A DNA stretch of 64,000 nt from an uncultured Methanosarcinales archaeon (GTDB taxonomy: Archaea; Nanobdellota; Nanobdellia; Woesearchaeales; GW2011-AR4). The notes under the pieces are model-generated. The model was not told where the DNA came from and did no database searches. It was given only the letters and a program-made list of their open reading frames with translations. How positions within the stretch are numbered: position 1 is the stretch's first letter; every line of letters starts with the position of its first letter. Below are positions 27,627-37,347 of this stretch, piece by piece. The stretch lies in NCBI GenBank assembly GCA_964650285.1, contig CAZYSP010000002.1:9827-73826 (forward strand), given 5' to 3'. A program made the translations under genes and the position numbers.

Positions 27627-28868
27627 TTAAATAAGTTGGATATTTTTTACATTATCCTTAACGTTAGGGATTTTGATTATATTTTTTACCAAATCTCTTG
27701 GATTGGTAAATTTTCTTTTTTCTATGGCAAATATTTTTTTATTTTTGATAAATGTTTTTTTGTGTGCTTTCTTAAATAAAGCTACATGATATTTGACCTG
27801 TAATGGAGGTCCTGGAAGCTCTATTGTTTTTGGAAGCTTGATGTTTTCAAGAACATAATAAAACAAGGAGTTGGCTTTAACATGCCATAACATATCACTT
27901 TCGATTACTTTAAAGTTGTTGGAAATCAATTTTTTTTCTATAAAATGGAGTGCCTTGAGCATTTTTGCTCCTGCAACATCCTCTTTTTTGTTTAAAGGCT
28001 TGGCTTTAAGCATTATAAGGCTGTTTTTCTGGAATTTTTTTCTTATACTTTGTTCTGTCAGAACTTTTATCTCAAAGAATTCCTTTGATGGTTTTTTTAG
28101 GAATTCTTTTGCTCTGTATCTTAAAATATCCAGTTTTTCATGATCCAAAGCGGCTGCGGCATTCCTGTCTTTTTGTGTTGGGTCAATAACAATCAAAGGG
28201 CTTGTTAATTTAGAGCGGTTTATTTCAAGAAATACATTTTTGTTTTTGTAGTAATTTTTTATGTCGATAACTGTTTTTTCCTTTATTTTAGATAATGCTT
28301 TGATGCAATTTATAAAAGAGCCGTAGTAGATTGTCAAAAGTTCGCAAACATATCCAGAAAATCCATGGATGTAGCTTTCAGCTCCGTAAACTTTTGCTGC
28401 TTTGAAAAATTGTTTTGTAAGCCTCATATCATCAATAAGGTTTTTGTGCCTGAGGATAAAATTTGAATGTAAAGGGCTAACGTCAGTTATGTTTTTGGCC
28501 TGCTCTGCTTTTTTAATGTCCAGGATTGGGATTACCTCAAAAGTAAATTTTCCCTGCTTTATCTGGAAATAGTCTCTTGAGCCATGAAGCCTTCTTATTT
28601 TAAAGCTTTTTTTCAGAAATTTCTCCAGAATGTCTGACAGCTCATCGCTTCTGTCCTTAAATTTATTGTAATTAAATTTGACGAAAATATCTGCATCAAA
28701 GGTTTTTAGCCATGTGCCTTTTGCTCCTGAGCCACCTAAAATTGCTTTAGCATCTTTTACGCCTTTGTTTATTTTTTTGATTATGCTGTTTGCTTTGTCC
28801 AGTATTTCTTTCTTGTATTGCTTGTTCGGTTTTATGTTGTTTAGGACTTCTGAAAGCAGCTTTTTCAT
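27627..28868 (-). CDS. cca: CCA-adding tRNA nucleotidyltransferase (archaeal class I)
   Basis: GGSGAKGTWLKTFDADIFV (Pol-beta-type GS..G.W....D.D), size about 410 aa as in archaeal CCA enzymes. Confidence 0.65.
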   Translation of the reverse strand: MKKLLSEVLNNIKPNKQYKKEILDKANSIIKKINKGVKDAKAILGGSGAKGTWLKTFDADIFVKFNYNKFKDRSDELSDILEKFLKKSFKIRRLHGSRDYFQIKQGKFTFEVIPILDIKKAEQAKNITDVSPLHSNFILRHKNLIDDMRLTKQFFKAAKVYGAESYIHGFSGYVCELLTIYYGSFINCIKALSKIKEKTVIDIKNYYKNKNVFLEINRSKLTSPLIVIDPTQKDRNAAAALDHEKLDILRYRAKEFLKKPSKEFFEIKVLTEQSIRKKFQKNSLIMLKAKPLNKKEDVAGAKMLKALHFIEKKLISNNFKVIESDMLWHVKANSLFYYVLENIKLPKTIELPGPPLQVKYHVALFKKAHKKTFIKNKKIFAIEKRKFTNPRDLVKNIIKIPNVKDNVKNIQLI

Positions 28869-28965
28869 ATGTTTTTGATATATTTGTTTTATATAAAAAG
28901 ATTTAGTTTTTTACGATAACTATTTATATGTGCTTTTTTCTTTTAAATGTTAAAGGGGTATATGG

Positions 28966-30159
28966 ATGGCTGATGTTTTGCTGTTTTTGACGTATCTTGC
29001 AATTATTTTACTGGTAGGGTTATTGACTTCTATTGTGGGCCAGAGGTTTGGAATACCAAATATTTTGCTGCTTTTGCTTATAGGTATTGCTTTGGGGGGA
29101 GTGGAGTATAAAGGAGGGCCTTTGATAGAGTTTCCAGAACTTTTTTTGACTGGCATAAGCATTCTTGCTTTAGTGATGATTGTATTTGACAGCGCATCAA
29201 GGTTTAAGTTAAAAAAAGTGGATTATTTTTCCCTGCATACACTATGGCTTTCAGTTGTTTTTTTGGTCTTTAACCTGATTTTTTTAACGATTTTTATAAT
29301 ACTTATATTTGATGTGAAATCAATATTTTTGGCATTGATGTTTGCAGCGTTGATGTCGGGGACAAGCCCGGCAGTTGTCTTATCGATATTTAGAAATGCC
29401 AAGAACAAGGTGTTTGAATTTTTGCAGTTGGAGGCTTTGCTGAATACGCCGTTAATTGTTTTATTGCCATTTATTATCCTGGATTTAAAGACAACATTAA
29501 AAGATGAGCTTATAATATCAACATTCATAGAGCAATTTGTTCCTTTACTGCAGCAGTTTGTTGTTGGCATAGGCTCAGGAGTCCTGATTGGACTGATTAT
29601 GTTCAAATTCATGAGGAAGCGGTATTCTGTTGTTTTATCACCTTTAGCTGTCATTACTTCTGCTTTGCTGGCTTACATTATAGCAGAGAACCTGGATGGT
29701 AATGGTGTCTTGGCTGTTACAACAATGGGGATCTTGTTCGGCAATGTTTATGTGAAGCAGAAATTCCAGCTTAGGGAGTTTGCTTCTGTATTCTCAAACT
29801 CATTAGAAATTTTGGTCTTTGTCCTTATAGGCCTTATAGTTGTAATTCCTTTTTCCCTTGAATTCTTTATAAAATCTGTTGCATTATTTGCATTGCACCT
29901 GATAATAAGATTTTCTGCAATAATCTTTTCATTAAGAGGCATGGATTTTACATTAAAGGAAAAAATATTCATGTCATTGAATGCACAGAAAGGGATTGCG
30001 GTTGCGGTTGTTGTTTTTTCGTTTGCCACCTTAAACATATCTGGAATGGATGTTATACTTAATCTTGTTTTGGCATTTATGCTTTACTCTATAATTTTGT
30101 CTTCTGTTGTTTTTAGGATGGCGAAATTTTTTGTTGAAGGGATTGAAGGGAGAAAATAA
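28966..30159 (+). CDS. cation/proton antiporter (CPA family Na+/H+ exchanger)
   Basis: about 12 predicted TM helices, Na_H_exchanger-like organisation. Confidence 0.65.
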   Translation: MADVLLFLTYLAIILLVGLLTSIVGQRFGIPNILLLLLIGIALGGVEYKGGPLIEFPELFLTGISILALVMIVFDSASRFKLKKVDYFSLHTLWLSVVFLVFNLIFLTIFIILIFDVKSIFLALMFAALMSGTSPAVVLSIFRNAKNKVFEFLQLEALLNTPLIVLLPFIILDLKTTLKDELIISTFIEQFVPLLQQFVVGIGSGVLIGLIMFKFMRKRYSVVLSPLAVITSALLAYIIAENLDGNGVLAVTTMGILFGNVYVKQKFQLREFASVFSNSLEILVFVLIGLIVVIPFSLEFFIKSVALFALHLIIRFSAIIFSLRGMDFTLKEKIFMSLNAQKGIAVAVVVFSFATLNISGMDVILNLVLAFMLYSIILSSVVFRMAKFFVEGIEGRK

Positions 30160-30204
30160 GACCACTATTTCTTTAGTTTTAAGATTGAGAAGCTGATATT
30201 TATT

Positions 30205-32661
30205 TTACTCTTTCACAATCTTGGCTACACTTACAAGCTTGTCATCCTGATGCAAATCAATCAATCTAACACCTTGTGTTGCTCTTCCTATGATAGAGAT
30301 TTGGGAAACTGGCATCCTTATTGTAATGCCTTTCTTTGTAATTAACATTATTTGATTATCGTCGCTTACATAGTTTATTGAAACAACTTTTCCATTTCTT
30401 TCAGAGCAAATGATATTCCTTACCCCTGATCCGCCACGGCTTATAAGCCTATATTCAGAAATTTTTGTCCTTTTTCCATAACCGTTTTCTGTTACAGTAA
30501 GCAAAGTTTTTTCATCTGTGGCTACAACCATACCTACAACATAATCATTTTCTGCAAGCCTTATTCCTCTTACTCCTTGTGCTGAACGACCAGTGGCTCT
30601 GACATTTATTTCTCTAAACCTAACTGCTATACCATTTCTAGTAGCTAAGATAATTCCTTTTGTCCCATCTGTAAGCTTGACATTGATTAAACTGTCATTA
30701 GTGTCGAGAGTGATTGCTATTATTCCTCCATGTCTTGGATTGGAATACGCTGCAAGGTTTGTCTTTTTTATTGTCCCGTTTTTTGTGGCCATGATAAGGA
30801 AATGATTGCTGTCGAAATTTTTAACTGGCACGTATGCTGTCACTTTTTCATCACTTTTTAGGTTTAGCAGATTAACAATAGCTTTTCCTTTTGCTTGTCT
30901 TGATGCTTCAGGTATATCATAAACTTTTAACCAATGAACACGCCCCTTATTTGTGAAAAGAAGTATATAAGAATGAGTAGATGCAATGAAAATATCCCTT
31001 ACAAAATCCTCTTCCTTTGTTGTTGTTGCTATAATGCCCTTACCACCGCGTCTTTGCTGCCTATAAGTTTGGAGAAGCTGCCTTTTTATGTAGCCAGAGT
31101 GGGTAATTGTTATAATGCAATTACTTTCTTCTATTATGTCTTCCATTTCAAAACTTGTTGCTTCTGCTTCTATAATCTCTGTTTTTCTTTTATCATTATA
31201 GCTTTCCTTGAGCTCTAAAAGTTCTTTTTTGATTATATCAAGAATTTTTTGCGGGGATTCTAAAATGATCTTTAGATCTGCTATCAGCTTCAGTAAATCT
31301 TTTAACTCATTCTTTACCTTTTCCTGCTCCATGGAGGTTAAACGCTGCAAGCGCATCTCCAGGATTGCTATGCTCTGTTCTTCTGAAAGATTAAAGTTTG
31401 TTATCAAGCTGTTCTTAGCTTCTTCAACTGAACGAGATTCTTTAACCAGCTTTATTGTCTTGTCCAAATTGTTTAGTGCAATGATTAAACCTTCTAAAAT
31501 GTGGGCTCTTTTTTGTGCTTTGTGCAAATCAAATAATGTGCTTTTCCTTACAATATCTTTTCTATGCTCTATGTAATGTTTTATTAACTGGCTTAAGTTT
31601 AGTATTTTTGGAACATTATTTACTAAAGCGACTGTTATGATTCCAAATGTAACCTGCAAGCGAGAATGCTTGTAAAGCTGGTTTAACAGGACGTCAGTAT
31701 TTGCGTCTTTTTTTAATTCTATAACAACTCTAATGCCCTGCCTATCCGATTCGTCTCTTATATCGCTTATGCCATTTATCTTTTTATCTCTCACTAAATC
31801 TGCTATCTGGGTTACCATCTCTGCCTTGTTTACCATGTAGGGTATTTCTGTAACAATGATTCTTTTCCGGTCTTTTATGTCCTCTATTTGGGTTTTTGCC
31901 CTGACTATTACCTTTCCTCTTCCTGTTTTATATGCGCTTATTATTCCACTTTTACCGCAGATAATTGCTCCTGTTGGGAAATCAGGACCTTTGATATGCT
32001 GCATAAGCTCTTCTATAGTGATATTTGGATTGTCAATTTGTTTTATTATTCCATCAACGATTTCTGACATGTTATGTGGTGGAATATTTGTTGCCATTCC
32101 TACTGCTATGCCTGAGGAGCCATTAATCAGCAGATTTGGAACCTTTGATGGAAGAACTGTTGGTTCCTTAGAAGTGTTATCAAAATTTGGAATAAATTTT
32201 ACTGTCTTTTTTTCTATGTCTTGCAGCATTTCTTCTGCAAGTTTTGTTAATCTTGCTTCTGTGTAACGCATTGCTGCAGGATTATCACCATCTATAGAGC
32301 CAAAATTTCCCTGTCCATCTACCACTAGGTATCTCATAGAGAAGTCTTGGGCTAACCGGGCTAAAGTGTCGTAAATAGCTGTATCACCATGAGGATGAAA
32401 TTTAGCCATACAGTTTCCAACTACGTTTGCTGATTTTCTGAATGGTTTATTGTGCAACAATCCTGATTCCCACATTGTGTATAAAACGCGCCTGTGGACT
32501 GGTTTAAGGCCGTCTCTTACGTCTGGTAAGGCTCGGCCAACAATAACAGACATGGAATAGTCTAGGTAAGACTGCTTCATTTCGTCTTCTATAACGCGCC
32601 GGATTATAGTAGTTCCAGAGCTTGTTTCCTGTTCCTTTTTTTCATCAGTTTTTTCATCCAT
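30205..32661 (-). CDS. gyrA: DNA gyrase subunit A
   Basis: YLDYSMSVIVGRALPDVRDGLKPVHRRVLY with catalytic-Tyr region; C-terminal beta-pinwheel repeats; no gyrB adjacent. Confidence 0.9.
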   Translation of the reverse strand: MDEKTDEKKEQETSSGTTIIRRVIEDEMKQSYLDYSMSVIVGRALPDVRDGLKPVHRRVLYTMWESGLLHNKPFRKSANVVGNCMAKFHPHGDTAIYDTLARLAQDFSMRYLVVDGQGNFGSIDGDNPAAMRYTEARLTKLAEEMLQDIEKKTVKFIPNFDNTSKEPTVLPSKVPNLLINGSSGIAVGMATNIPPHNMSEIVDGIIKQIDNPNITIEELMQHIKGPDFPTGAIICGKSGIISAYKTGRGKVIVRAKTQIEDIKDRKRIIVTEIPYMVNKAEMVTQIADLVRDKKINGISDIRDESDRQGIRVVIELKKDANTDVLLNQLYKHSRLQVTFGIITVALVNNVPKILNLSQLIKHYIEHRKDIVRKSTLFDLHKAQKRAHILEGLIIALNNLDKTIKLVKESRSVEEAKNSLITNFNLSEEQSIAILEMRLQRLTSMEQEKVKNELKDLLKLIADLKIILESPQKILDIIKKELLELKESYNDKRKTEIIEAEATSFEMEDIIEESNCIITITHSGYIKRQLLQTYRQQRRGGKGIIATTTKEEDFVRDIFIASTHSYILLFTNKGRVHWLKVYDIPEASRQAKGKAIVNLLNLKSDEKVTAYVPVKNFDSNHFLIMATKNGTIKKTNLAAYSNPRHGGIIAITLDTNDSLINVKLTDGTKGIILATRNGIAVRFREINVRATGRSAQGVRGIRLAENDYVVGMVVATDEKTLLTVTENGYGKRTKISEYRLISRGGSGVRNIICSERNGKVVSINYVSDDNQIMLITKKGITIRMPVSQISIIGRATQGVRLIDLHQDDKLVSVAKIVKE

Positions 32662-32830
32662 TTTAACCTAGAAAGAATGTGTGTTTTCCGTCGATAAAGG
32701 GTATATTTTGGGCTTTATAAGAGTTATGCTTTTTATGCCTTATTTTTCAAAATATGGTGTATTATTTTCTATATGGAAAATTATAGGGTTTTGAAAACAT
32801 TTAAAATATCCTGCAGGTATCCTACTATCA

Positions 32831-33886
32831 ATGACTCATGGAAAATTATTGCCATCAATGTTTATTGGTGTTCAAGGCAAAGATATCATTTCATTTGGCG
32901 CTGGACAACATGATTTGCCTCCGCCTAAAGAGGTGTTTTCGTGCCTTTCAACTTATAAGGATTTTAAATACGGCCTTATAGCAGGCAATATAAATTTGAG
33001 AGAAGCTTTAGCTGAGAAATATGAAGGATTTACACAAGACAATTTTGTTATAACTAATGGTGCATCTGAGGCTTTAGACCTTGCATTCAGGGCAATTGGA
33101 AAGCCAAAAGACAAGATATTATTGCATGTTCCCTATTACTATTCTTACAAGCCTTTGGTTGAGATGAATCATCTTACCCCGGATTATGTTAAGACCAATA
33201 AGGGCAAAATAGATGTTGATGATTTTGAAAAAAAGGTGCATGGGGCAAAAGCAGTCTTGATTAATTCTCCATCTAATCCTACAGGAAGGATACAGGACAT
33301 AAAAACATTGAAATTTATAGAAAAGATTACCAAGGATTTGGGAGTTCCATTGATATCTGATGAAGTCTATAAAGACCTTATTTATGAACGTGAAAATTAT
33401 ATGCTTTCTGGAAAGCATGTTGTGACAATAAACTCTTTTTCAAAGACATTTGCAATGTGCGGCTTTAGGGTCGGCTATCTTTTTTCCAATGATAAATCAA
33501 TTGTGGACAATGTAATTAAGATAAAAACTCATACTTCTATGAACACGAGCATCTTGGCGCAGGAGATGGCATATCACGCAACAAAAGTTTCAAAAGACTA
33601 TATTAATGCACAGGCGAAGATATGGAAAAGCAGAAGAGACTTGATTTACAAAAGTATGCTTGATTTGGGTCTTGATGTCTGGAGGCCTGAAGGGGCTTTC
33701 TATGTTTTTCCCAAAGTTAAAAAACCGAGGGATTTTGTCTGGAACATGTTCAAGAAGCATAAAGTTATCACTTACCTTGGAGAGTGGTTTGGAGACAGTG
33801 ATAGGGTAAGGTTTTCGTATGCATTGGATGTTGAGAAGATTGAAGAGGGGATGAAAAGAGTTAAGAAATATTTAGATGAGAATTGA
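32831..33886 (+). CDS. class I/II pyridoxal-phosphate aminotransferase (AspAT-like)
   Basis: NSPSNPTG, SFSKTFAMCGFRVGY (PLP-lysine region SxSK). Confidence 0.75.
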   Translation: MTHGKLLPSMFIGVQGKDIISFGAGQHDLPPPKEVFSCLSTYKDFKYGLIAGNINLREALAEKYEGFTQDNFVITNGASEALDLAFRAIGKPKDKILLHVPYYYSYKPLVEMNHLTPDYVKTNKGKIDVDDFEKKVHGAKAVLINSPSNPTGRIQDIKTLKFIEKITKDLGVPLISDEVYKDLIYERENYMLSGKHVVTINSFSKTFAMCGFRVGYLFSNDKSIVDNVIKIKTHTSMNTSILAQEMAYHATKVSKDYINAQAKIWKSRRDLIYKSMLDLGLDVWRPEGAFYVFPKVKKPRDFVWNMFKKHKVITYLGEWFGDSDRVRFSYALDVEKIEEGMKRVKKYLDEN

Positions 33887-33894
33887 ATTCCTGT

Positions 33895-34041
33895 TTAAAC
33901 AATCTTTTTAATTATAGTGTCTCTGACAGTGTATGATTTTCCGCAATAAACACATCTTTTCTTATTTTTTTCAGTAATTGGTTTTTGAGTTTGATACTTC
34001 ATCTTATTTTTGCATTTCGGACATTGGAGAAGAAACATCAT
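33895..34041 (-). CDS. 48-aa four-Cys Zn-ribbon protein (possibly RNAP subunit P/Rpo12-like), not in the ORF track
   Basis: hand translation MMFLLQCPKCKNKMKYQTQKPITEKNKKRCVYCGKSYTVRDTIIKKIV; CPKC...CVYCGK. Confidence 0.35.
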   Translation of the reverse strand: MMFLLQCPKCKNKMKYQTQKPITEKNKKRCVYCGKSYTVRDTIIKKIV

Positions 34042-34046
34042 TTTAT

Positions 34047-34955
34047 TTATTCTTTCTTTTCTTCTTTTTCTTCCATTGAAGCTTCTAAAAGATCTTTGGG
34101 CTCTTCTTCCGGCTTGCTTTCTTCCTCTTTTTTGCTTTCTGGTTCTTTTTGAGTTTCCTGCTCTTCTTTTGGAGGATGTAAAATTTTTTCTACTTTCTCA
34201 TCAACTATCTTTTCTTCCTCTTTGCTTAATTTAATTCCTTCTCCTTTAAAGCCCGGTTTTTCTTCTAATTGCCTGTCTTCTTCCTTTGTCTTTTGGATTC
34301 TTTCCCTTTCCTTTTCTTGTTCTTCTTCAGAGGACTCATCAACAACCTCTAAATTGCCGAGTTTTTCTTTTTCTATGCTCTCGTATTTTTGTTTTTCTTC
34401 CTGGGCTTGTGCTCTCTGTTCATGTTTAATCTTTTCTATTTGCATTTCTTTATCCTCGATGGCCTTGGCTATGCTTGCAAAATCATTAAAATGTCCTTTT
34501 AGCTTATCTTCGGGAAGATCAAAATACTCAAAGAATTTTTGTGTTAGCTTTATCAGATTGGTTCTGCCATGCTTCTGCCTGGTTATGTAGCCCATTTCCT
34601 CTAATTCCTTAAGATGATCATATGCCTTATTTGTTCTTATCTTAATAAGATTGGATTGTTTTATTGGATATTTGAATGCTATAACTGCAAGTGTTTCCAT
34701 CACTGTTTTGGTTAGTTCAGTTTCTGTGACAATTTTCTGCACCAAGGGAAGGAACTGCTCGCGCACAGTAAGCTTCCATGAATCACCTTCATTGACAAGC
34801 ATTACGCTCGAGTTTTTTTCATCATACTCTTTTTTTAGTTCTGTCAAGGAGCTTTGTATATCAACAGGCTTTGCATTAGATAATTTAGAAAGCTCCTCCA
34901 TATTCATCTTTCTCCCAGAAGAAAATAGCAATGCTTCCAGCTTGTTCTTAAGCAT
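34047..34955 (-). CDS. scpB: segregation and condensation protein B (ScpB) with a charged C-terminal extension
   Basis: LEALLFSSGRKMNMEEL... then tandem winged-helix regions (KPVDIQSSLTELKKEY ... ETLAVIAFKYPIKQSNLIKIRTNKAYDHLKELEEMGYI). Confidence 0.65.
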   Translation of the reverse strand: MLKNKLEALLFSSGRKMNMEELSKLSNAKPVDIQSSLTELKKEYDEKNSSVMLVNEGDSWKLTVREQFLPLVQKIVTETELTKTVMETLAVIAFKYPIKQSNLIKIRTNKAYDHLKELEEMGYITRQKHGRTNLIKLTQKFFEYFDLPEDKLKGHFNDFASIAKAIEDKEMQIEKIKHEQRAQAQEEKQKYESIEKEKLGNLEVVDESSEEEQEKERERIQKTKEEDRQLEEKPGFKGEGIKLSKEEEKIVDEKVEKILHPPKEEQETQKEPESKKEEESKPEEEPKDLLEASMEEKEEKKE

Positions 34956-34968
34956 ATTTGTCCTCTTT

Positions 34969-35556
34969 TTATGTTACTAAGCTGTAAAGTTTGTTTTCTT
35001 TACGTATTTTATCCTCTTTGATTAAGTTACCTAAAAGTATTTCAAGCTCCTTATTAGCTATTCCAGTAATTTTTGAAAGCTTTTCCTTGTCCAGGCTTCC
35101 TGATGCAAGGGCTATAAGGATTGCATTACTTACAGATTTGTTCAGATTTTTCCTCAAGAACTCGTTTTCATTTTTCTGCTGTTTCACTATCATATCCACT
35201 TGGTGCAATCTTGCCTGCAAGTCATTCAACAGGTCCTCAATAGTGGATTTTTTCATGCTGAATTCTTCTGGCTTCAGGATTTCCACAGATGAAGGCATAT
35301 AGTCAAAACAGAAAGCTATGAGATTTGGAATCCCCTTGATGATTAATTCCAATTCAACAAATGTTGCCCATAAATCTTCTTTTTCTTTGGCATCTGCAAA
35401 CTCAGACTTTAGGACTATAAAACCTGAGTCATTTTTGATCTTATCCACATACATTCTTATGGTTTTTTCCACATGCTCTTTGGGTTTTCCAAGTACCTCT
35501 ATTATAATTTTACATCTCATATGTGTCTCTTCTGCAATTAATTTTTCCTCTGGCAT
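34969..35556 (-). CDS. hypothetical protein (position consistent with an ScpA-like partner, but no clear kleisin motifs)
   Basis: ORF directly upstream of scpB in the same orientation. Confidence 0.3.
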   Translation of the reverse strand: MPEEKLIAEETHMRCKIIIEVLGKPKEHVEKTIRMYVDKIKNDSGFIVLKSEFADAKEKEDLWATFVELELIIKGIPNLIAFCFDYMPSSVEILKPEEFSMKKSTIEDLLNDLQARLHQVDMIVKQQKNENEFLRKNLNKSVSNAILIALASGSLDKEKLSKITGIANKELEILLGNLIKEDKIRKENKLYSLVT

Positions 35557-35714
35557 AATGTTTTAGAATGAAGTTAGATTTAAAAAGGTTTTGATGTCAG
35601 ATGTTTGATCTTGATTTAACTATTCTATTTTAAAAAATATATCTTATTTTTCTAAGGACTTTCATAACCTAAATAGGAAAATTATTTATATGGGATTTAA
35701 ATACTTTATTTTTT

Positions 35715-36353
35715 ATGGTGAATGTGGTCCACTGGCTCTTGCCAAAAGAAGTGGAATTCTTCCATATGCTGCAAGAGCAATCTTCTAATGTTGTTGATGG
35801 TGCTAATGAATTTAAGAACCTGATTCATGATTACAACAAACTTAGTTACTCTAAAAAAAATGAGTATATAAAAAATATAAAAGACATAGAAGATAAAGGC
35901 GATCATCTGACTCACAAGATAATAGGGCTTCTAGATAAGACATTTATAACTCCTATAGACAAGGAAGACATACATCATCTGGCTGTGCTTTTGGATGATG
36001 TACTTGATTTAATTTGTGCGACTTCCAGAAGATTGCTTGTTTTCAAGATAAACAGAATTAACAGCTATATCAAGGATTTTACTGACATTGTTGTAGAGAT
36101 CTCTAAGAAAATTAACAAAGGGATTATGAGTATTAACAAACTAAAAACTATGAATGAATTCTACATTGATGTGCATACCCTGGAAAATAAGGGGGATGAA
36201 TTATATTATACTGCCCTTTCTAAGTTGTTTGATAGGAAAGATCCTGTTGAGATTATAAGATACAAGAGTATCTATGATTTTTTGGAAGATACAATAGATA
36301 AGTGCGAAGATATAGCAAACGTAATAGAAAGTATAGTGGTCAAGCATGCCTGA
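35715..36353 (+). CDS. DUF47/PhoU-like phosphate-transport regulator
   Basis: helical repeat protein immediately upstream of, and overlapping, the PiT gene; DUF47 arrangement. Confidence 0.65.
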   Translation: MVNVVHWLLPKEVEFFHMLQEQSSNVVDGANEFKNLIHDYNKLSYSKKNEYIKNIKDIEDKGDHLTHKIIGLLDKTFITPIDKEDIHHLAVLLDDVLDLICATSRRLLVFKINRINSYIKDFTDIVVEISKKINKGIMSINKLKTMNEFYIDVHTLENKGDELYYTALSKLFDRKDPVEIIRYKSIYDFLEDTIDKCEDIANVIESIVVKHA

Positions 36354-37347
36354 AATCTTTTTTATGTTAGTAGTGTTCACTATTGTAGTTGCTCTAATTT
36401 TTGATTTTGGTAATGGATTAAATGATGCTGCGAATGCTATTGCTACCGTAGTTGCGACAAGGGCTTTGCCTTTATGGGGTGCAGTTTTACTTGCCGCTCT
36501 TGCAAATTTTATCGGTGCATTTGTTTTTGGCGTTGCTGTGGCTACAACAGTTGCTAAAGGCCTTGTTGACCCATCCATTGTAACTGTTTATGTCATTCTT
36601 GGAGGTTTAGTTGGATCTATTTTTTGGGTATATTTTGCATCATTCAAGGGTATTCCTGTTTCTGCTTCTCATGCTTTATTGGGTGGATTTATTGGAGCCG
36701 CTTTTGTTAAGGCTGGTGTATCTTCATTAAAACTCGGGGGTATTGCTAAGGTGCTGGCCTTCATAGTTATTGCCCCGATTTTGGGGATGATAGGTGGATT
36801 TGTATTCTTCACCATAATAATGTGGATTTTTAGGAAAAAAAATCCAAGTAAAATAAATAAATGGTTTAAAAGGCTGCAGTTGATTTCTGCCACTTCTTAT
36901 GCAGTCACTCATGGAACGAATGATGCACAAAAAACTATGGGAATAATTGCACTTTTATTGTTTACAGCTGGTTTTCTTGGAGAAGAATTCTATGTTCCGT
37001 TCTGGGTTGTTCTCTCATCTCATGCAGCTATAGCTCTTGGAACCTTTTTTGGTGGTTGGAGAGTCATAAAAACTATGGGAATGAAGCTGACTAAGCTAAA
37101 GCCAGTGCATGGCTTTTGCGCTGAAAGTGCTGGTTCATTGGTTTTGGGCTTTACAAGTATGACTGGAATTCCAGTAAGTACAACTCATGTCATAGCTGGA
37201 TCTATTGCAGGAGTTGGAGTAACAAGGAGATTATCGGCAGTAAGATGGGGACTGGCAAGAAATATAGTGTGGGCATGGATATTAACAATACCTGCAGCCG
37301 CTACTGTATCTGGAGTTAGTTATTTTGTGATTAGTTTGTTTATTTGA
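36346..37347 (+). CDS. pit: inorganic phosphate transporter, PiT family
   Basis: GNGLNDAANAIATVVATRAL and second repeat HGTNDAQKTMGIIA, the PiT GANDVANA signature. Confidence 0.85.
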   Translation: MPEIFFMLVVFTIVVALIFDFGNGLNDAANAIATVVATRALPLWGAVLLAALANFIGAFVFGVAVATTVAKGLVDPSIVTVYVILGGLVGSIFWVYFASFKGIPVSASHALLGGFIGAAFVKAGVSSLKLGGIAKVLAFIVIAPILGMIGGFVFFTIIMWIFRKKNPSKINKWFKRLQLISATSYAVTHGTNDAQKTMGIIALLLFTAGFLGEEFYVPFWVVLSSHAAIALGTFFGGWRVIKTMGMKLTKLKPVHGFCAESAGSLVLGFTSMTGIPVSTTHVIAGSIAGVGVTRRLSAVRWGLARNIVWAWILTIPAAATVSGVSYFVISLFI

